In this document: positions 54,136 through 64,000 of the stretch, piece after piece
Layout of the letters: each line of letters begins with the position of its first letter
Numbering within the stretch: position 1 is the stretch's first letter
NCBI RefSeq assembly: GCF_009914755.1
Contig: NC_060930.1
Reading direction: 5' to 3' (one strand)
DNA: 64,000 bases
Source of the DNA: the human T2T-CHM13v2.0 reference genome, Homo sapiens
The notes under the pieces: model-generated
What the model was told of the DNA's origin: nothing
Seen by the model: the letters and a program-made list of their open reading frames with translations, nothing else
Databases searched by the model: none
Made by a program: the position numbers and the translations under genes

Positions 54136-55179
54136 TTTATGAGTCTGAACCCATGAAGGGGTATAGTGCAGGCATGAATTGCCACAGGTGTTCAAAGGAG
54201 GCAGAGGTGGTTAAGAAAGGCAGAGTAGAAGGAAAGGGACTTTAGCTTCACTCAGAAATGTGTGTACAATAGATAAGTGAAGAAGTACGTTGGGGGTGTT
54301 AATAGGAAAGTATTGTCTTGAAGAGAGGCATTAACGTAAGATAAATGTTGATAAAAGGTATCGTTGTCTTGTTGATTTTAATAGTTTTTAAATTAGGTTA
54401 CTAGAAGTACTTCTCCCTATTGATATTTGGCCTGCCCTGGGTTTAACTCTTGTAACAAAGAAACCAATAGCACAACTCCAGCACAGTAGCCTTAGGAAAG
54501 TGATGACAATGACAACAACAAAACAAAATCCTCATATTAATATAGGTATTGTACTAAGTCCTTCACATGAAATTCTTTTTGAATCTTTATTTTCATTTCT
54601 GGTAATAAGGCAAACTGGATGATGGAGGGAATAACAGACATGCATGCGTGCACATACACACACACCTTTTCCAAAACATAACTGATCTTGTGAGAAAGTA
54701 AGAAAAGTCTTCAGGGATTAGAAACGGTGAGAAAGTTGGCATTCAGACAGGTGTCTACCACTCCTTGATGACCTGTAGACATCCATGAGTCATACATGTG
54801 AAAGTCAGGAACAGATCTTGGGCCTTAGCAAGGCAAAAGTTGAATGGAATGCATCATCCATAAAGCTGTAACCTCAAGTGGCTAATATGAATGAATGAGG
54901 AAAAGAAGAAGTAAAACGCCTGTCTGTACAAACAAGAAATCAGTTTGTTTGTCATTCTAGACCTTGTTTCTGGATTAGGAGAAAAAAAGAAAAAAAAAAA
55001 AAAAACCCAACCAAACAAACAAAAGAAACCTCACATTCATTTGGGATTGAAATTTATACCGTCAATGTGGATGGCCTGAAAAACCTCAAGTCAGAAATAT
55101 AGTTAGGTCCTCTTGGATTGAGCCCTAGAAATTTGGCCGAAGCAAACACAAACCTTCACTGGAAAAATGCCCTTTAACT

Positions 55180-56400
55180 TTTTCAATGTTTCTAATATGT
55201 TTTAATTATCAAAAACTCACACATATAAATATAAAAAGAATATTATAATGAATGCCTGCATACTTACCACTTAAATTCAATGAATTGTCAGCACTTTGCC
55301 AAATTTGCTTTATATTTGTCTCCCGTCTCTGTCTCTATTTTCTATCTCATTATTGAAGCATTTGAATGTAAGTTGTTGACATCATGATGGTTTACCCAAA
55401 AATATTTCAGCATTCATCTCCAAAAAGTACTTTCTTACATACTATACTATTATCTTTATCACAACTACCATAATTAATAATAATCCTTTAATATTATCTC
55501 ATGCTAATCTACATTCAGATTTCCCTGGGTGATGCTAAATCATATAGTCATTGTTTTCACTAGCTGGGGTTCTATCATAGTTTGCATATATATATATGTG
55601 TGTTTGAATGTATATATGTGTGTATACATATATATATATTACATGTATGTATGTATTAGGTATAGCTTAAACTTTTTGTGCAAAAATTGTTTCTGTTATA
55701 TACTTCATATTGCATCTCATCGAGAGGTACAAGAAGTTAGGATGTAGCAGTATTAGTAAGGCTAAGGTTAATCACTTAGTTAAGGTGGTAATTACTAGAT
55801 TTCCTTGTAAATAAATGTACTTATTATTGCTTTTGGCATTATCAAGTTTCTATTAGGGTGATACTTTGCCTCCAGTTGAAAGTCTTATATCTAGATTACC
55901 TTTTACTTATTAGTTTAAACATCCTATAATGATACTAACTGAATCAATTATTTTATTGAGACTTCATATTCATTAGCTGATAGTTAACATTTATTAGCTG
56001 ATATTAATCTGTAATCATCAATTGGGAATAAACCACAGTTCCTCCTAAAATGTAAATGCTTATTGTTTTCCCTCTAATTACCAACTTCAGAGAAAGTTAT
56101 TGGCATACCAGTCATCTCTAGTAAGGACAAATGAATGAACCTCTTTCCTCAAACCCATTTCTCTCTCTCAAAAATGACTATGGACTCATTTTTTTAAAAA
56201 AAAATTCTATGAGTTATAATAAATTAATGTTATTATTCTTTTGAAGGCCACATTGTCCTAAGTTGTCTCCTGTATCTTTTTGATATGGCTTCTTTTGATC
56301 TGGAGGATTTTCTTTCTATATAGCACAAGATGTTCTGGGATAAACTTGTACTTTTCCTTCCCCAGACCTGGAATTAGACATTTCTCCAGGAAGCCATTGA
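55180..56400 (-). mobile_element. Old L1M (L1MC/ME-like) 3' region
   Basis: atgaatgcctgcatacttaccac, cacttagttaaggtggta, ccagacctggaattagacatttctccaggaagcc. Confidence 0.65.
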
Positions 56401-56479
56401 GTACTATACTTTAAAGACAAATAAATTTTATATAACTTTACTGGTGACATGAGTTCACAATAAAAACAAACAAAATCAC

Positions 56480-57360
56480 AAAATATGTGATGTAATAAGT
56501 ATCACCAGAGACAGCACAGAAAACAAATTCTGGAATCAGACCTTCGCAGACTGTGACTATTACAATTATATTTAGAAAAACAAATATGTTTATCATATTC
56601 CTAAGAATAAAAGAGGATATTGGTGGTTTAGCAAAGGAACAAGAAAAAAAGACTATCAGAAATAAACCGGCAGGTTTGAAAAAGAATTAAGTAGAATTTT
56701 TGAAATAAAAATATATATAATTTTGAGGTTAAGAGCACAATAGATGACTTCAAAAGTAGATTTGACACAGCTAACAGAATTAGTGAACTTAAAGATCTAA
56801 GGAATTATCCAGAATATAATACAGACAAGAAAGAGAAGAGTTTAGATATACAAATAGAATAAGAAGACATAATATACAATTAATCAAGTTGTCCAGTGAG
56901 AATAAAGAGAAGAGAAGAGAAGCAATAGGCAAAGGAGTAACAGGGAAGATGTTTCTGGAAATATCAAAAGGCGCAAATTCTCAAATTCAGTAAATCTAAC
57001 AAAAAAGAAATTCCCTAAATACATTACAATGAAACTGCACAGTATCAAGAAGTGACAAAAAAATTTTAGGAGCAACCAGACAGAAAATACAGAATGCCTA
57101 CAAAGAAGCAAAATCTGACTGACAGCTAACTTCTGGATAGAAACAATGGAAGCCAGAAGTTAGTAAAATGATATCTTCAGATTTCTTAGAGACAATGACT
57201 GTTAACATAGAATCAAATAATAATCAAAATTATTTTTCAAAAACTTGGAAAATAGAAACATTCTCAGACCACAAATTTTGGGAAATATTTACTAATCAAT
57301 GAATCATCACTAAATAAGCTTTTAATAAATGTAATTTAGGAGGAAAAAAGAGCCTTCAAA
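56480..57360 (+). mobile_element. Old L1M ORF1-region fragment
   Basis: A-rich; agtagatttgacacagcta..gaattagtgaactt, gaaacaatggaagccagaag. Confidence 0.7.
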
Positions 57361-57631
57361 CAAGGTCAGGAATAGAGGAGAAAGTAGAGTGAGTCTGCAG
57401 GGAAAAGCAGAAGTCCAATCAGGTAGCTTCAGCAGTTTGCAGTCTTTGCCTCTATAAAAACATTATATATTATTGGAATTTGTGTATATTTTACTTTAAT
57501 TATTTTTCAGCCTACTTAGCCCCTTTTACCAAATATAAAATGGGTGGTCATCAAGCAACAACATTATTTCTCAAACCATGATAAAAACTATTTCAAAGTT
57601 TTATTTGATCAGTCTCTAAATCCTTAGGTTA

Positions 57632-57787
57632 TTATATATATTTTATATATAATATGTATTTATATATAATATATATATTTTATATATAATTTATATATTA
57701 TATAAAAATTATAAAAATGTATATATTATATATAAAAATTATATATATAATTTATATATTATATAAAATATATATAATATTTTTATA
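57632..57787. repeat. AT-only quasi-palindromic (TA)n tract
   Basis: About 155 bp almost without G/C. Confidence 0.9.
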
Positions 57788-58369
57788 CAAGCAATTTATA
57801 AATGTTATTTATATACACAGCAGAAACAGTTTTATTAGTATATTACATCCTAAGGCAACAATTTTAAAGGGAGTAACACTCATTTATATATGAATCTTGA
57901 ATTTATAAAAATTCAGTTCATTTCAGTCACAGTACATAAATTTACCTGTCACTGTCACCTTAAGTCTTCAATAAACGTGAACTTTGAGGTCTACTACTGC
58001 TCGAACTGTTAAATGCCCATTTTGAAAAATTCTACTCAAAGACCCATTCTGAATCAGTCCAGAGTGATTGTAGGTTACAGTTTCAAATAAATTAAATTTA
58101 AAAGAGTTATAATTTTGGCTAAACTACTCAGTTATTTCTTTACTGTATTACATTACATTATTTTAAAAAACATACTTTTAAAAAGTATATTAGAACACTT
58201 GAAGTTTAAAAACTTTAACAATTATTACTTTTACTGATTATATTATTTATAAAATTAATAAGAATTAGTATTCATTGTAGACGACTTGGAATATATTATT
58301 TAGCTCAGGATAAATATTATACATCTTAATACATTTAAAAACACAATACTTCATATTATGTAATACCAG

Positions 58370-58672
58370 GGCCAGGCATGGTGGCTCATGCCTGTAATCC
58401 CAGCACTTTGGGAGGCCAAGGTGAGCAGATCGCCTGAGCTCGGGAGTTCGAGACCAGCCTGGGCAACATGGTGAAACCCTGTCGCTACTAAAAATACAAA
58501 AAAATTAGCTAGGTATGGTGACATGCATCTGTGGTTCCAGATACTCAGGAGACTGAGGTGGTAGGATCCTCTTGAGACTGGGAGGTGGAGGTTGTAGTGA
58601 GCTGAGATTGAGCCAATGTCTGGGAGACAGAGTGAGACTCTATCACAAATAAATAAATAAATGAAATAAAAA
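58370..58672 (+). mobile_element. AluJb/S-like with small right-arm deletion
   Basis: ggccaggcatggtggctcatgcc ... (taaa)n tail; gtaatacc on both flanks. Confidence 0.9.
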
Positions 58673-58689
58673 GTAATACCTATATATGC

Positions 58690-58692
<3 letters not shown>

Positions 58693-58733
<41 letters not shown>
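58693..58733. repeat. (TA)n microsatellite
   Basis: About 20 units, directly visible. Confidence 0.95.
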
Positions 58734-58736
<3 letters not shown>

Positions 58737-58956
58737 GGAAAATTATAATCTCTTGATTAGAGATTGTCAATATTTTGGTATATGCTGTTCAGACTTTTTC
58801 CATTATATCAATTATGTTCTCTATAGTATATAAACTATTTGCATATATTCTATATTGTGTATGTATCTATCATCTACCCACTTACCTATCTACAAATCTA
58901 TTTATCTAAATTCCTAGGTATTAATTCTCTCATTTAGCCTTTAAGTTGCAGATAAA

Positions 58957-59336
<380 letters not shown>

Positions 59337-59673
59337 TTAATTCTTGGTCACATGAATTTCTGATTATCTTCTTATGACAAATATCTTAATGTGGAATTAC
59401 TGAATAAATGTTATAAATGTTTTTAAGGCTTCTGATTCATGTCAAGTTATAAAGTTTGTTATCAGTTCAGACCTCAAACAGGGTATATTGGAGATGTGCA
59501 TTTTACTTACCAATGTTGGGTTCCATTATACAAACACACCTTTTTTTTTTTAACATAAGATTTTTCTAACTAAATATTAAACTGATTTTATTTTCTTTCC
59601 TAAATCATATACTGACTACAAAAGCACATAAGAGGAGAAAGGAAGGATGTGTGCTGGTATTTTACATATCTGA

Positions 59674-59979
<306 letters not shown>

Positions 59980-60744
59980 CTGGACTTTTCCTAAAGAAAA
60001 AAAATAAAATAACACTATGCCTACATGACCAAAAATTTTCAACCTGATAATAAAACATTGTTAGGAGCAGTGATGTGACATAATGGCTGTGATTTACTTT
60101 GGAAGTATGCCTGTAACTGCCATTAGTAATAATGAAAGTTAATGACATGCCTTATGGGATCAGACAATGGTCTTCAATATTTGTAACTACTTGCTGGGAT
60201 AGAAACTATTCTGAACTGTCAGTGGGTGTCAGTTTGTAATTATAGATTGCACAAACACTATGCATGATATATATTTTGTCAACAATGATTAAATTGGCAT
60301 TTAGAAAAATGCTTCATTTTCAGTGACCAAGATAAACACAATCTGTACCTTTTTAAAGTAATAAGGTTGGAGAGTAAGCACCCATGAAATATAACTTATA
60401 ACTTTCAAACAAATCATGGACAAACATGTATTTTTGGGTTTTGTAATGTTTAAGTGATTATTTACTAACTAGAGTTCGCTTTCAAATTTTAAAAAGATCT
60501 GTAGTTATCCTGAGCTTGAAAGTCACTTATGTTTCAGACCCAAATATAACTCACTCAATTTTGCTGAAAACCTAAGGATTTAAAGGCTGATCAAATAAAC
60601 CTTTGGAATAGTTTTTATCATGGTTTGAGAAATAACGTTGTTGCTTGATGACCCATGGTTTTATATTTGGTAAAAGGGGCTAAGTAGGCTGAAAAATAAT
60701 TAAAGTAAAAGATATACAACTTTCAAGAGCTAAATAGATCTAAT

Positions 60745-61162
60745 TCACCCTGTCTCCTCTAATGTTCTGCTCACTCACTCTGCTCCAGTCACTCTGGTCT
60801 TTCCAAGCATACTAAATTCCTTTCCACACCCCAAGGTACTGTCTTTTTCATTTTCCAATAATCTGCTTCATTAAGCAAGCCAATTTAAGGACACTACCCC
60901 ATCTAGTTTTTTTTTCTCCTCCCACCTTTCATTTTGCTTCCTTCATAGATTTTACCACAGCATTGGAATTCTGTACTCACCCTTCCATTTGCTTCTTCAA
61001 TTTGAACCTCCTGCATTGGATGATGAACTCCATAATGTCAGGGATAATGTCTAACTTTCCAACTTTCTGTGTTTAATACGTGCCATAGTACTGGGCACAT
61101 AGCATGTGCTCAATAAATATTTTGTTGATTTAATGCAATAATGAATGACCAAATGAATGAGT
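60745..61162 (+). mobile_element. L2 3' end
   Basis: ctctgctccagtcactctgg ... gggcacatagcatgtgctcaataaatattttgttga..atgaatga. Confidence 0.8.
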
Positions 61163-61596
61163 CAGAAATATATACAAGTGTAGATCTTTAGTTTGATCTA
61201 TTCACTCTTATTGAGTTTTGTGGAAATATGACATTTTGCAGTTTTGATTGTCACATTTTAAATAAGGTGATAACATTTTTGTTCCACCAGATGGGAGGAT
61301 AAAGCTGAAAAAAAATGCTGAACCTACTATACATCTTGTTATTGCTTATTGTTTTTGTTTATATACCTAACATATTAAAGTTTCATACTTAGTACTAGAG
61401 AGATATTTCTTATTTTAAAAGCATCATATGCTTACATTCATAGGTAATTTAAAGTTAACTTTTAAGTTCTGAATTTTAAAGTGTTATGAAATTTCACTTT
61501 AAAATAAGAAATAGAAATTTATGGCTAAAATGTTTTAAATAGGCTTATTGAATATTCCAAATTAATGTTAAGCATTCACTGTTTTACAACCTTATT

Positions 61597-62910
<1,314 letters not shown>

Positions 62911-64000
62911 TAAATACTGTAAGATAGGTGTGTTCACAAAAGACTTTGATATGTGATGATGAAGTCTGATTTAGGAAAAGTTGATAATATTTAAAATAGC
63001 ATTGCTATTTTCTTACGCTTACCGAATAAAAATGCCTTGGTGAATCTAAAATATGCTATTGAAAGAAAAAGTACTCTTTTCTCCAGGGAACTTTATATTT
63101 TTTTATTGATATGTTAGTACATTTTATAGCTGTCATAACATAAGGCTTTATTTGTTTTAGAACATTGAATTACTTCTGCAGCAAATAAAGCTTAGGACTA
63201 TATTGGTTTATAAAAGTGGCAATGATATTTAAGTACTTTTTAATGTGCTTTGATTTTATGATTCTTAAATTTCCTACCTTATCTTTTTATTTTATCCTAT
63301 TTTGTTTCCTTTTGGAGAAAGTTAAGTTTCCAGAAATCATTGCTAATTTGTAATAGTTAACAGTTAACTTTTTTTCTGATTTCTGCCATTAAATTTGTTG
63401 TTTTCAAATTGGAGTATATTATTTGTGTTAGATTTAAGTCATAGTATATACTATGCCTAATATAGTATAACTTATATACTATGTTAGGTTTATTAGCTTA
63501 GTGTAAGCATATACGCGTTGTAAGATCCATTAGGGTGGGGACCATGCTGGAAAGCTTACAACAGTGCTTGGCAATCAGTTGGTTTCCAGTGAATATTTGT
63601 TTACTTTCTTAATCAGTTAATGGGTGATAGGGCAAAAGTGAACTGATATTTTAAGCAGCAGAAAGGGCCAGATTGGCTATCCTTGTTTTTTTATGATATT
63701 ATAGGTGTCATTTATGTTATAGGTAGTATAACATTTATATAATGTGTACTTTCTGGCTCTTGGATTTGCTGTAATTTTAACATCACATATGGATATAAGA
63801 ACTTGAAACACTGTAAAGTGAAATGCTTTGACACAGGAGTTAATTTACATAATGGTAAATTCTGCATTAAAGGCCTTAAAGTAAGTTCTATCTTATATCA
63901 AAATGTCAGTATTGATTATGTATACATAGAAAGGTTGTGTTTTTTTCCCAAAGAAAACCAATTGTTGTGGTTAAATTTTTAAAAACCAAATGAGTTTAGG

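Noticed and set aside
63935-64000. Window end as the intron's 3' splice site
   Set aside because: Terminal tttagg lacks a pyrimidine tract; the intron probably continues beyond the window

Overview
AT-rich primate (human-like: AluY and young L1PA present) genomic DNA. It opens with a canonical 5' splice donor (GTAAGT at 1-6) and appears to be the first 64 kb of one long intron of a + strand gene that I cannot name. No constitutive coding exon is recognisable. The listed ORFs are chance ORFs, Alu read-through or L1 ORF2 remnants. Much of the window is interspersed repeat: 9 Alus, L1, L2, MIR, ERV1/MaLR LTRs and hAT MITEs. The most unusual structure is a non-Alu inverted homology in three segments at 31.7-34.1 kb (about 82-87% identity by hand alignment). 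Its segments are permuted, so the pre-mRNA would fold with a crossing (pseudoknot or kissing-loop) topology, and one arm covers a consensus 5' splice site. Also notable are a perfect 71-bp inverted duplication at 46.1/46.5 kb, a frame-preserving 21-nt microexon candidate at 35890-35910, several cryptic exon or recursive-site candidates, and a 5'-inverted (twin-primed) L1PA. Repeat subfamily names come from memory of consensus sequences, and their boundaries are approximate.
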